DNA of 64,000 nucleotides, from positions 864,001 through 928,000 of the forward strand of contig CBDATQ010000001.1 of assembly GCA_965199955.1 (NCBI GenBank). The letters are read 5' to 3'. The number at the start of each line of letters is the position of its first letter. Positions within the stretch are counted from its first letter, which is position 1. Below are positions 30,884 to 40,359 of the stretch, piece after piece. The notes beneath the pieces are model-generated. The model was not told the DNA's origin, ran no database searches, and saw only the letters and a list, made by a program, of their open reading frames with translations. This DNA is from Spirochaetia bacterium. Its GTDB lineage: Bacteria > Spirochaetota > Spirochaetia > SZUA-6 > Bin103. Position numbers and translations under genes: made by a program.

Positions 30884-32161
30884 GTGACCCTGCCCGAGGG
30901 CTTCCGCTACGCATCCATCGCGGAGCGGCGCGTCATGCTGCGGAGCGCCGCCGCCGCCGCCGGGCATCCGCTCGGCGATGAGGAGGAGGCGGCCACCGGT
31001 GCGCCGGCCGGCGCGCTGGACCTGGCCGACCTGATGGTCGAATCGGCGGTCGGCGTGCTGCCGGTGCCGGTCGGCGTCGCCGCGGGGTTCCTGATCGACG
31101 GCCGCGAGCTGGCCGTGCCGATGGCGACCGAGGAGCCGTCGGTGATCGCCGCCGCCACCCACGCCGCCCGGCTGGTGCGCCGCGGCGGGGGGTTCGCAAC
31201 GAGCGGCGGACTGCCGCTGGCGACCGTGCAGGTGTTCGTCGACCGCGCGGCGGGCGCCGCTGAACGCGTGCGTGCAGCCGAGCCCGAGATTCGCGAGCGG
31301 GTGGACGCGGCGGTGCCGTCGCTGGTGGCGCGCGGCGGCGGCTACCGCGGCCTGCGCGTGGTGCCCCTTCCGGCGAGCGGCGTGCTCAAGGTCGAGGTGG
31401 ACCTGGACGCCCGTGACGCGATGGGCGCCAACAAGGTCAACACCGCGGGCGAGGCGCTGCGCCCCCTGCTGGAGCGGGCCGCCGCCGGCGGCACCGTGCT
31501 GATGTCGATCGTCACCAACGCAGCGCGCCACAACCTCTGCACCGCCCGGTTCTCCTGCCCGGAAGAGCACCTGGCGCGCGCCGGGCGCAGCGGCGCGGAG
31601 ATGGCCGAACGGGTGGTGCGCGCGACCGCGGTAGCGGGCGAGGATCCCGGCCGCGCGGTCACCCACAACAAGGGGATCATGAACGGCATCGCCGCGGTGG
31701 CGCTGGCGACCGGCAACGACACGCGGGCCGTGGAGGCTGCGGCCCACCTGCACGCCGGCCGTTCCGGAACGTACGGGCCGCTGTCCGCCTATGGCCGCCA
31801 AGATGGCGAGCTGGTCGGCACGTTGTCGGTGCCGATTCCGCTCGGCTCGGTGGGCGGGGCGACGAGCGTTCATCCCGGCGCACGGTTCGCCCTGCAGGTG
31901 CTGGGCAACCCCGGTGCGCGGCCGCTCGCCCGGATCGCCTGCGCGGTGGGGCTCGCGCAAAACCTGGCGGCGCTGCTGGCGCTGGTGGGAGATGGGATCC
32001 AGCGCGGCCACCTGCGCCTGCACGCGCGGCGGTTGGCGTTTCAGGCCGGCGCGCGCGGCCCGGAGGTCGAGCGAATCGCCGACCGCATTGCCCGCGCCGG
32101 CACGGTCGACGGTGCCGCCGCTGCCGTGGCCCTCGCCGAGCTGCGCCGCGGCGAACCGTGA
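30884..32161 (+). CDS. mvaA: HMG-CoA reductase, class II
   Basis: PMATEEPSVIAA, DAMGAN, THNKGIMNG, GNDTRAVEA, GLAQNLAAL, GIQRGH. Confidence 0.93.
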   Translation: MTLPEGFRYASIAERRVMLRSAAAAAGHPLGDEEEAATGAPAGALDLADLMVESAVGVLPVPVGVAAGFLIDGRELAVPMATEEPSVIAAATHAARLVRRGGGFATSGGLPLATVQVFVDRAAGAAERVRAAEPEIRERVDAAVPSLVARGGGYRGLRVVPLPASGVLKVEVDLDARDAMGANKVNTAGEALRPLLERAAAGGTVLMSIVTNAARHNLCTARFSCPEEHLARAGRSGAEMAERVVRATAVAGEDPGRAVTHNKGIMNGIAAVALATGNDTRAVEAAAHLHAGRSGTYGPLSAYGRQDGELVGTLSVPIPLGSVGGATSVHPGARFALQVLGNPGARPLARIACAVGLAQNLAALLALVGDGIQRGHLRLHARRLAFQAGARGPEVERIADRIARAGTVDGAAAAVALAELRRGEP

Positions 32162-33129
32162 TGGGACCGGACAAGGCGGGACTGGCCACCGCGGTCGCCC
32201 ACCCGAACCTGGCGCTGGTCAAGTACTGGGGCAAGGCGGACGCGGAGCGCAACCTGCCGGCCACGCCCAGCCTGGGCGTCTCGCTCGCGGCGCTCCGCAG
32301 CCGCGTGCAGGTGCGGCTCGACGGCGACGGCGACTCCGTGGACGTGGACGGCCGCCGCCTGCCCCTGGCCCGCTACCGGCCGTTCCTGGACGTGGTTCGC
32401 GGCCGGTGCGGGATCCGCAACGGCTTTCGCATCCACGCGCACAACGACTTCCCGAGCGCGGCCGGCCTGGCCAGCTCGTCCTCCGGGTTCGCGGCGCTGG
32501 CGGTAGCGTGCAGCGCGGCGTGCGGGGCGGAGCTCCCGGATGGCGAGCTCTCCGCGCTGGCGCGGGTGGGCTCGGCGTCGGCGGCGCGGGCCGTGTTCGG
32601 CGGCTTCGTGTCGCTGCCGGCCGGCGCCGGGGCGGCGCGGCCGCTCGTCCCGGCGGAGGCGTGGCCGGAGTTGCGGGTGGTGGTCGCCGTGGTCACCGCG
32701 GCCGCCAAGCCGATCGGCTCGCGCGAGGCGATGGAGCGGGTGCGGCGGACCTCGCCCGCGTATGCGGCCTGGGTGGCCGACAGTCCGGGGCTGTACCGGG
32801 AAGCGGTGGCCGCGGTGCGGGACCGTGATCTGCCGCGGCTCGGCGTGGCGATGCGCAAGAGCTACTCCCGCATGTTCGCGACCATGCTCGCGGCCGATCC
32901 GCCGATCCGCTACTGGCTGCCGGAGACGCTCGTGCTGCTCGCGGCGGTGGAGAAGCTGCGGGAGCAGGGCGTGGCCGCGTGGGAGACCATGGACGCGGGA
33001 CCGCAGGTCAAGGTGCTGTGCCTCGACGGCGACGCGCAGCGGGTGGCAGCGGCGCTGGCCGCGGCGTGTCCGGCTGCGCCGCCGCCGCTCGTGTCGGCGG
33101 TCGGGGCGGGAGTGGTCCGTGGCGGCTGA
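32158..33129 (+). CDS. mvaD: Diphosphomevalonate decarboxylase
   Basis: NLALVKYWGK, GLASSSSG, GSASAARA, TMDAGPQVKV. Confidence 0.93.
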   Translation: MMGPDKAGLATAVAHPNLALVKYWGKADAERNLPATPSLGVSLAALRSRVQVRLDGDGDSVDVDGRRLPLARYRPFLDVVRGRCGIRNGFRIHAHNDFPSAAGLASSSSGFAALAVACSAACGAELPDGELSALARVGSASAARAVFGGFVSLPAGAGAARPLVPAEAWPELRVVVAVVTAAAKPIGSREAMERVRRTSPAYAAWVADSPGLYREAVAAVRDRDLPRLGVAMRKSYSRMFATMLAADPPIRYWLPETLVLLAAVEKLREQGVAAWETMDAGPQVKVLCLDGDAQRVAAALAAACPAAPPPLVSAVGAGVVRGG

Positions 33130-34084
33130 GGCATGGGTGTGCAGCGTACCCGGCAGCGTGCTGCTGCTGGGCGAGTACGCGGTGATGCAGCCCGGCGGAC
33201 TGGGGGTGGCGGCTGCGGTGGAGCCGCGCGTACACGCGCGCGTGCGCCCAGCGGCGGACGCGTTGCGCATCGAGGGAACCGACGGCGTCGACCGTTTCGC
33301 CTGGCGTGCCGGCGCGGGCGTCCTGCTGGATGCGGCGGTCGACGCGTGCGCGGCCGAGCTCGGCAGGGCGCCGGATCCGGCGCTGGTGGCGGTGGACTCC
33401 GGCGCACTGACCGGGGCCGGACGCAAGCTGGGCCTGGGGTCGAGCGCCGCGGTGGCGGTGGCAGTGACCCGCGTGCTGCTCGGCGGCCCTGGCGGCGGAG
33501 TGCCGCTCGACACGGTGTTCCGCACCGCCCTGAGGGCGCATCGCGCCGCGCAGGGAGGACGCGGCAGTGGCTACGACGTGGCCGTCTCCACCTACGGCGG
33601 AACGGGACTGTTCCACGGCGGCGAAGAGCCGCGCTTCGAGCCGCTTCCAGCCGCGCCCGCGGACCTGTTCCTGGTGCTGGGAGATCGGCCGCTGGCGACG
33701 CCGCCGGCGGTGTCCCGCTATCTGGCGTGGGCTCGCGAGCGGCCCATCGACTGCCGGCGCCATCGCCGGGTCTCCGATGCCATCGTCCGCCACGCGCTGC
33801 GTGCCGGGGGATGGGCCGAGGCGCTGCGCGCCGGCCGCCGGGTGACGCAGTGGCTGGGGGACCACATCGGCGTCCCGGTGGAGCCGGAAGAGCTCCGCGG
33901 GCGGCTGGACCACGTGGCCGCCGCCGGCCATGCCGGCAAACCTGCCGGTGCCGGCGGCGAGCTGGCGATCTGCGTCGCGGCGCCGGGATGCGTCGTGCCG
34001 GACCGGCCCTGGGTTCGGCCGCTCACCGTCAGTGCGGCTGGCGTCAGGGTCGCCGGTGCCGGGAGTGGCGGGCTCGGCGCATGA
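33119..34084 (+). CDS. mvaK2: Phosphomevalonate kinase (GHMP family)
   Basis: GTG 33119; PGSVLLLGEYAV, KLGLGSSAA, QGGRGSGYDVA, KPAGAGGE. Confidence 0.82.
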   Translation: MAAEAWVCSVPGSVLLLGEYAVMQPGGLGVAAAVEPRVHARVRPAADALRIEGTDGVDRFAWRAGAGVLLDAAVDACAAELGRAPDPALVAVDSGALTGAGRKLGLGSSAAVAVAVTRVLLGGPGGGVPLDTVFRTALRAHRAAQGGRGSGYDVAVSTYGGTGLFHGGEEPRFEPLPAAPADLFLVLGDRPLATPPAVSRYLAWARERPIDCRRHRRVSDAIVRHALRAGGWAEALRAGRRVTQWLGDHIGVPVEPEELRGRLDHVAAAGHAGKPAGAGGELAICVAAPGCVVPDRPWVRPLTVSAAGVRVAGAGSGGLGA

Positions 34085-35052
34085 CCGGCGAGGCGGCCGG
34101 CAAGCTGCTGCTGTTCGGCGAGCACGCCGCGGTGTACGGCCGTCCGGCGGTCGGTCTGGGCGTGCCGTGGTCGCTGCGGCTCCGTTTCGTGCCGGTGCGC
34201 GAAGGGGACGAAACTGGTGCCGCGGCCAAGCGGCTTCGCGATGCCTGCCGCCGGATCGGCGTCGAAGCGCCGCCGGACGGCGCGCTGGAGGTGCGCTCGG
34301 AGATTCCCTTCGGGGTGGGACTGGGCTCCTCGGCGGCGCTCTGTGTGGCGCTGACTCGCGCCGTGGGCGGTGCGGCGGCCGCGTCGGGCGAGCGCGGGCT
34401 GTGGGACGTCGCGCACCGCGCCGAGCACGCCTTCCATGGCTCGCCGTCCGGGATCGACACCGGGCTGGCGCTGCTCGGCGGCGTGCAGCGGTTCACGCCG
34501 GCGGGGCCGGGAAGCGTGCCGGCCGCGCGGCCGATTGCCGTGCAGGGGACCCATCTGGTCGCCGGATTCGTGCCGCGGCGCGGCGACACCGCCGCCCACG
34601 TGGCGGCCGTCCGGCAACGAATGCAGGCCGGTGACACCGAGGTCCGCGCGGCGATCGACCGACTTGGTGCGATCGTCGAACCGGCGTGCCGGCTGCTCGG
34701 CGCGCCTGCCGCCGATCGGGCGGTGCGCCTGGGCGCGTTGGCCGACGAGGCCGGCGCGCTGCTGAACGACATCGGCGTGGGTTCGCCCGTGGTGGCCGAC
34801 CTGCTGGCGGCCGCGCGAGCGGCCGGTGCCACCGGCGGCAAGATCTCGGGAGGCGGGGGAGGCGGTGCCTTCGTGGCGTTCGTTCCGGAGCGCGCAACCG
34901 GCTTGGCGGTGCTGGATGCGGTGGCCGCACGCCTTCCCGCCGGCGCCGGCTCCGTGGCGTTGCTGGCGCTGGGTCCCGGCGGGGCTGCGATGCTGGCCTG
35001 CCGCGAGTGGCCCGCGCCGGTCACGCGGCGCGTCCGGGTCGTCCGGGTCTAA
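34081..35052 (+). CDS. mvaK1: Mevalonate kinase
   Basis: GKLLLFGEHAAVYG, PFGVGLGSSAA, HGSPSGID, KISGGGGGG. Confidence 0.9.
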   Translation: MTGEAAGKLLLFGEHAAVYGRPAVGLGVPWSLRLRFVPVREGDETGAAAKRLRDACRRIGVEAPPDGALEVRSEIPFGVGLGSSAALCVALTRAVGGAAAASGERGLWDVAHRAEHAFHGSPSGIDTGLALLGGVQRFTPAGPGSVPAARPIAVQGTHLVAGFVPRRGDTAAHVAAVRQRMQAGDTEVRAAIDRLGAIVEPACRLLGAPAADRAVRLGALADEAGALLNDIGVGSPVVADLLAAARAAGATGGKISGGGGGGAFVAFVPERATGLAVLDAVAARLPAGAGSVALLALGPGGAAMLACREWPAPVTRRVRVVRV

Positions 35053-35100
35053 TCGAAGACTGAGCATTCTGGAGGATACGGGAGGCCGCCGCCCATGTCC

Positions 35101-35129
35101 TTGACGCGAGGCGAACCCACGCCTAGCCT
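35101..35129 (+). promoter_or_regulatory. sigma70-like promoter, probably leaderless
   Basis: TTGACG-N17-TAGCCT with ATG 35136 six nt downstream. Confidence 0.6.
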
Positions 35130-35135
35130 TGCCGG

Positions 35136-35567
35136 ATGCCGCGCGGGGGCAGAGTGCACAACGCCGGCATGGTGTTGTTACGGCTCGGTACCGGCGTGGT
35201 ATTTCTGTGGTTCGGCGTCACCCAGCTCCGCGACCCGGACTTCGGCGCGGCCTACCTGCCAGAGTTCGTCTACGCGATCGGCGAGCAGCTCGGCATCATC
35301 GACTTCGACCGCCTGTTCACGGTCATCCACGGCGCTGTCGAGGTGGCGCTCGGCAGCGCGTTGATCGTCGGCCTGTTCACGCGGGCGGCGGCGCTGCTGC
35401 TGGCCGTGCAGCTTGCCGTGATCGTCGTCACCCTCTACACGCTGGGGTTGCCGGCGATCGCGATCCGGGATTTCGGGGTGATGATCGCCACGCTGGTGGT
35501 GGCCATGAACGGCCCGGACCGCATGTCGGCCGACGGCTGGGGCAGGGGCAGGAGCCGCGGCGGATAG
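35136..35567 (+). CDS. DoxX-family membrane protein
   Basis: 'LLRLGTGVVFLWFG', 'EVALGSALIVGLFTRAAA', 'RDFG', 'GPDRMSAD'. Confidence 0.8.
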   Translation: MPRGGRVHNAGMVLLRLGTGVVFLWFGVTQLRDPDFGAAYLPEFVYAIGEQLGIIDFDRLFTVIHGAVEVALGSALIVGLFTRAAALLLAVQLAVIVVTLYTLGLPAIAIRDFGVMIATLVVAMNGPDRMSADGWGRGRSRGG

Positions 35568-35579
35568 GGCGCGGCACGC

Positions 35580-35969
35580 TCAAGGACTGGCGCCTTCGAT
35601 GACGAGGCGCCGCTGGTTGCCGCCGTCGGCGTCCATCACGTAGAGAGCCATCGCGCCGTCGCGGTTCGAGGTGAACACGATCGCGGAGCCGTCCGGCGAC
35701 CAGCTCGGAAAGAAGTCCCGCTCGTCGTTGTCGGTCAGCGCGCGCATGCCGGTGCCGTCGGCGTTGACCACGTAGATCTCCAGGTCGCCGTCGCGATCGT
35801 CGGCGAACAGGACTTTCGATCCGTCCGGAGAAAACGAGGGATCAAAGGATCCCTGCGGCTGCTGGGCGACGGCCTGGGGGTTGGAAAAGCGCGGAAAGCA
35901 GCCGGTCAGGACCAGCGCGCCCCCGAGCACGATCAGCGCGGCGCGCAGAACGGACATCGGCTTCATCAC
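35580..35969 (-). CDS. Small lipoprotein with PD40/TolB-like repeats
   Basis: Lipobox LTGC; PSFSPDGSKVLF, PSWSPDGSAIVFTSNRDG. Confidence 0.85.
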   Translation of the reverse strand: MMKPMSVLRAALIVLGGALVLTGCFPRFSNPQAVAQQPQGSFDPSFSPDGSKVLFADDRDGDLEIYVVNADGTGMRALTDNDERDFFPSWSPDGSAIVFTSNRDGAMALYVMDADGGNQRRLVIEGASP

Positions 35970-36022
35970 GGCGCAGGCAGGCTACACCGCCGCCGGCCGG
36001 CATGCCAGACTGCCCGGTCGAA

Positions 36023-36051
36023 TTGACGACGCTGCCGGCGGAACCTACGCT
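36023..36051 (+). promoter_or_regulatory. sigma70-like promoter, probably leaderless
   Basis: TTGACG-N17-TACGCT with GTG 36059 seven nt downstream and no SD. Confidence 0.6.
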
Positions 36052-36058
36052 TTGAGCC

Positions 36059-37315
36059 GTGCAGTGGCTCGCAACGGCGGTCGAGCGAGTCGCGGCCGTC
36101 GCCGACGCCAGCCCGGTCCTCAGCCTGGGCATGCTCCTGTTGTGCGGCTACTTCGCCGGCCGGCTGGCCGGCCTCATCGGATTGCCGGCCATCACCGGCT
36201 ACATCGTTGCCGGCCTTGCGCTGGGAGACTCTGTCACGGGTCTTGTCACCTACCATGCGACCGCGCGGCTGCAGCCGGTCACGGAGGTGGCGCTGGCCTT
36301 CATCGCCATCACGATCGGCGGCGAGTTTCAGCTTTCCAAGCTGCGCCGGTCCGGCGCCAAGATCCTGGTGATCACCGTGCTGGAGGCGTTCCTGGCGTTC
36401 CTGGTAGTCAGCACCGTGCTCAGGGTTCTGGGGCTGGAGTCCTGGTTCGCCCTGCTGCTGGGCGGTATCGCGGCGGCCACGGCGCCGGCGGCGACGGTCG
36501 TCATCGTCCGCGAGCTGAAGGTGCACGGCGAGTTCGTGGACTACCTGTACGGCGTCGTCGCCTTCGACGACGCCATCGCCGTCCTGCTGTTCAGCCTCAT
36601 CCTGGCGCTGGTCACCCCGCTCCTGGGCGCGGCCGGAGCGGACCACGGCGGCGTCCTGCGCGCCGCCGCGGAGGCCGGGTCGGAGATCGGGCTCTCGGTG
36701 CTGCTCGGCGCCGTGGGCGCCGTGATCCTGCACGCGATCGCCCGCAGCGCAGCGTCCGACGGCGCGCGCATGGTGATCACCGTGGCGGTGGTGTTCATCG
36801 TCACCGCCGGCGCCCTCGCCCTGCACCTGTCGCCGTTGCTCGCGAACATGATGTTCGGGGCGGTGCTGATCAATCTGAGCCCGTCCAACCGGCAGCTCTT
36901 CATGGTGCTGGAACCGGTGACGCCGCCGATCTTCGCCCTGTTCTTCATCCTGGCCGGCGCCGAGCTGCAACTCTCGGTGTTCACGGAGCTGATCATCGTC
37001 GGCTACGGCTTCGTCTACCTGGCGACCCGCTTCGCCGGCAAGATGGTAGGGTCGTACCTCGGCGCGCGCGTGATGAGCGCGCCGGCGGGTGTGCGCCGCT
37101 ACCTTGGCTTCTGCCTGTTTCCGCAGGCGGGCGTGGCGATCGGCCTGGCACTGTTCCTGCAGGGCGCGAGCGTGGTGGCGACGGCTGCGGAGGATATTCA
37201 GCGTCTGGTGACGCAGTTGGTCAACATCGTGCTCCTGAGCGTGTTCATCAACGAGCTGATCGGCCCGTTGATCTCGCGCTACGGCGTGACCCGCGGCGTT
37301 GCAGCGCAGCGCTAG
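36059..37315 (+). CDS. Cation:proton antiporter (Na_H_Exchanger family)
   Basis: Multi-pass hydrophobic; LPAITGY, ATAPAAT, AFDDA, FFILAG, PQAGVAIG, NELIGP. Confidence 0.88.
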   Translation: MQWLATAVERVAAVADASPVLSLGMLLLCGYFAGRLAGLIGLPAITGYIVAGLALGDSVTGLVTYHATARLQPVTEVALAFIAITIGGEFQLSKLRRSGAKILVITVLEAFLAFLVVSTVLRVLGLESWFALLLGGIAAATAPAATVVIVRELKVHGEFVDYLYGVVAFDDAIAVLLFSLILALVTPLLGAAGADHGGVLRAAAEAGSEIGLSVLLGAVGAVILHAIARSAASDGARMVITVAVVFIVTAGALALHLSPLLANMMFGAVLINLSPSNRQLFMVLEPVTPPIFALFFILAGAELQLSVFTELIIVGYGFVYLATRFAGKMVGSYLGARVMSAPAGVRRYLGFCLFPQAGVAIGLALFLQGASVVATAAEDIQRLVTQLVNIVLLSVFINELIGPLISRYGVTRGVAAQR

Positions 37316-37344
37316 GAGTGGTAACGATGGAGGAGAGGTAGATC

Positions 37345-38172
37345 GTGGAGCTACGCGAGATCATCGACGCGCGCGCCTGCACCGTGGCGCTCAGCGCGAC
37401 CGCCAAGGAGCAGTGCATGCGCGAGCTGGCGGAGCTGATCAGCGCCGGCCTGGAGGGAGTCACCGCGGACGAGCTGCACCGGGCGCTGGTGGAGCGCGAG
37501 GAGGCGGGGTCGACCGGGTTCGAGGACGGCGTCGCCATGCCGCATGCGCGGCTGCCGCAGGTGTCGCGGTTCGTGTTCGGCATCGCCGTGTCCAAGCGCG
37601 GCATCGACTACGACAGCGTCGACGGCAAGCGCACGAGGCTGTTCTTCGTGCTGGTCGGACCGGACGAGGATCCGCAGCAGTACCTGCAGCTCCTGGCGCA
37701 GATCTCCCGGACCGGCCTCAGCCGGCGGCTGCACGAGGAGCTGCTGGCCGCGCCGACCCGCCAGCAACTCGCTGACGCGTTCGCGGCGCACCTGGAACCG
37801 GCCGTGGCGCGCGCTGCCGCCGGCACCTCACGCATTGGCGACCGGTTGCTGTTCGTGGTGGTATACGAGCAGCGCTACTTCGATGACATCGTCACGCTGT
37901 TCTTGGAGCGCGGCATCCGCGGCGCCGCGGTGTTCGACACTGAGGGCATCCGCGGGCATCTTACCAGCGTGCCGATCTTCGGCGACTTCCTGAATTTCCT
38001 TGGCGAGAAGAGCGATATGAGCAGGACCATCATGGCCGTCGTGCCGGCGGGCGAGTTCGACCGGCTGATCGCCGGCATCGAGGAGATCACCGGCGACCTC
38101 GACTCCCATGCGGACGCGGCGATCCTGGCGATCGACCTTGCGTTCAGCAAGGGCTCACTGGAGCGCGCCTGA
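37345..38172 (+). CDS. PTS EIIA(Ntr/Fru)-type domain fused to a PII-like domain
   Basis: 'EREEAGSTGF..GVAMPHAR' phospho-His motif; about 115-aa C-terminal domain with a PII/GlnB-like pattern. Confidence 0.75.
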   Translation: MELREIIDARACTVALSATAKEQCMRELAELISAGLEGVTADELHRALVEREEAGSTGFEDGVAMPHARLPQVSRFVFGIAVSKRGIDYDSVDGKRTRLFFVLVGPDEDPQQYLQLLAQISRTGLSRRLHEELLAAPTRQQLADAFAAHLEPAVARAAAGTSRIGDRLLFVVVYEQRYFDDIVTLFLERGIRGAAVFDTEGIRGHLTSVPIFGDFLNFLGEKSDMSRTIMAVVPAGEFDRLIAGIEEITGDLDSHADAAILAIDLAFSKGSLERA

Positions 38173-39425
38173 TGGCCGTCCCGGTTCGCCCGCCGCTGGC
38201 GCAGCCCGGCGAGACCCGCACCATCATCGCCTGGACCAGGGAGATCGGTGATCCGGTGAGCTCCGGCGAGACGATCTGCGAGGTGGAGACCGACAAGGCC
38301 ACGGTCGAGATCGAATCGCAAGCCGACGGCGTGCTGGTCGCGAAGCTGTTCGACGTCGGGGAGGAGATCACGGAGGACGGACCGATCGCGATGGTCGGCA
38401 CGGCCGAAGAGATCGGGAGCACGGAGGCCGGCGTGGCCGACGCCGACACCAAGCCGGCTGACGCAGCGCCGCCGGCACCGGCCGAACCCGCCGCACCCGC
38501 CGCTCCGGCGCCCACTCCCGCTGCGCCCACGGCGGCGGACGCGCCGCGGCGCCTGGCGGTCTCGCCACGGGCGCGCAAGCGGGCCGCCGAGCTGTCGGTG
38601 ACGCCGACCGGCCTGACCGGCACCGGCCCCGGCGGCCGCATCATCGAGCGCGACGTGCTGGCAGCCGCCGCCGCGGCACCGGCTGCCGCTCCGGCGCAAC
38701 CTCCCGTCCCGACTCCTGCGCCGTCCGCGGCCGATCAGGTGATCCCGGTGCGCGGCGCCCGCCGCCTGGTCGCCGAGCGCATGCACGCCTCGCTGCGCGA
38801 CACGGCGCAGCTCACCATGACCTCCTACGCGGACGCCACGCGGCTCCTGCAGCTCCGCGCTGCCTTCAAGACCGCCGATCCGCAGTTCGAGATGAGCGAC
38901 GTGACCCTCAACGACCTGCTGCTGTTCGCGGTGGCCAGGACCCTCACCGAGCACCCGGAGCTCAATGCGACCTGCCGCTACGGCGAAGGCGGGTTGGAGA
39001 TCCTGCGCTCGGCCGCCGTTCACCTGGCGTTCGCGGTCGACACGCCGCGCGTGTTGATGGTGCCGGTGATCCGCGACGCCGCCGGCCTGCGGGTCCGCGA
39101 GCTGTCGGCCAGCGCCGCAGACTTGGCGGAGCGCTGCCGCGAAGGGTCGATCACGCCGGCGGAGCTGTCCGGCGGCACCTTCACCGTGAGCAACCTGGGC
39201 AGCTTCGGTGTGGAGTCGTTCACGCCGATCCTGAATCCGCCGCAGGCCGCCATCCTGGGCGTCGGCGCGGTGACCTGGCGGCCGATCGGGGAGCAGGAGG
39301 TCCAGCAGCAGATCGCGCTGTCGCTGACGATCGACCACCGGCTGATCGACGGCGCGCCAGCGGCGCGGTTCCTGCAGACCCTGTGCGCCCGCATCGCCGA
39401 GCTGGACGTGCTGCTCGCCCTGTGA
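38172..39425 (+). CDS. 2-oxoacid dehydrogenase E2 (dihydrolipoamide acyltransferase)
   Basis: Lipoyl ETDKA, Ala/Pro linkers, GTGPGGRI, GGTFTVSNLG, DHRLIDG. Confidence 0.92.
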   Translation: MAVPVRPPLAQPGETRTIIAWTREIGDPVSSGETICEVETDKATVEIESQADGVLVAKLFDVGEEITEDGPIAMVGTAEEIGSTEAGVADADTKPADAAPPAPAEPAAPAAPAPTPAAPTAADAPRRLAVSPRARKRAAELSVTPTGLTGTGPGGRIIERDVLAAAAAAPAAAPAQPPVPTPAPSAADQVIPVRGARRLVAERMHASLRDTAQLTMTSYADATRLLQLRAAFKTADPQFEMSDVTLNDLLLFAVARTLTEHPELNATCRYGEGGLEILRSAAVHLAFAVDTPRVLMVPVIRDAAGLRVRELSASAADLAERCREGSITPAELSGGTFTVSNLGSFGVESFTPILNPPQAAILGVGAVTWRPIGEQEVQQQIALSLTIDHRLIDGAPAARFLQTLCARIAELDVLLAL

Positions 39426-39435
39426 GTCCCGGCCC

Positions 39436-40359
39436 TTGAGTGGCGGTCAGGCAATCCTCGCTCTGATCGGAAACACGCCGCTGGCTCCCATCCGCCACGG
39501 CATTCCGGGCGTGGAGGTGTACGCCAAGCTCGAGTACTACAACCCCACCGGCTCGGTGAAGGACCGCGCGGTCAAGGGAATGATCGAGCAGGCGCTCGCG
39601 TGTGACCGGCTGGCCGGCCGCACCCTGATCGAGGCGACCAGCGGCAACACCGGCATCGCCCTGGCCGCGATCGGCGCCGCGCTGCGGCTCGGGGTGCACA
39701 TCCTCATGCCGGCCAACGCCTCGCCCGAGCGCAAGCGGCTGCTGGCGACACTGGGCGCGGAGGTCACCTACACCGACCCGCTGGAGGGAACGGACGGCGC
39801 GCAGGCAGAGGCGCGGCGGCGCGTGGAGGCCGAACCGGAGCGCTACTACTACCCCGACCAGTATGCCAACCCCGCCAACTGGCAGGCGCATTACCGCGGC
39901 ACGGGCCCGGAGATCTGGGAGCAGACCCGCCGGCGCGTCACCCACTTCGTCGCCGGGCTCGGCACCTCCGGCACCTTCATCGGGACCTCCCGCTTCCTGC
40001 AGGACAAGGGGGTGCGATGCGTCGCCGTGCAGCCCGACACGCCGCTGCACGGCCTGGAGGGCTGGAAGCACATGCCCACCGTCGCGCACGTTCCGGCCAT
40101 CTACGACGCCGAGATCTGCGCAGACCCGATCGAGGTCTCCACGCCGGAGGCGTACCGCATGGCGGTCGCGGCGGGGCGCTACCTGGGCCTCCCGCTCAGT
40201 CCCTCGTCGGCCGCCAACCTGGCGGCTGCCCTGCGCGCCGCGCGCGAGGCCGGCCCGGGCGCGGTGGTGGTGACGGTGTTCCCGGACAACTCGCTCAAGT
40301 ACCTGGCCGACGACTTCTGGGGGCAGCATGACGACGATCTCGAAGACCCTTTCGCGTGA
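39436..40359 (+). CDS. cysM: PLP-dependent cysteine synthase (CysM-type)
   Basis: IGNTPL, NPTGSVKDR, EATSGNTG, DQYANPAN, GTSGT. Confidence 0.88.
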   Translation: MSGGQAILALIGNTPLAPIRHGIPGVEVYAKLEYYNPTGSVKDRAVKGMIEQALACDRLAGRTLIEATSGNTGIALAAIGAALRLGVHILMPANASPERKRLLATLGAEVTYTDPLEGTDGAQAEARRRVEAEPERYYYPDQYANPANWQAHYRGTGPEIWEQTRRRVTHFVAGLGTSGTFIGTSRFLQDKGVRCVAVQPDTPLHGLEGWKHMPTVAHVPAIYDAEICADPIEVSTPEAYRMAVAAGRYLGLPLSPSSAANLAAALRAAREAGPGAVVVTVFPDNSLKYLADDFWGQHDDDLEDPFA

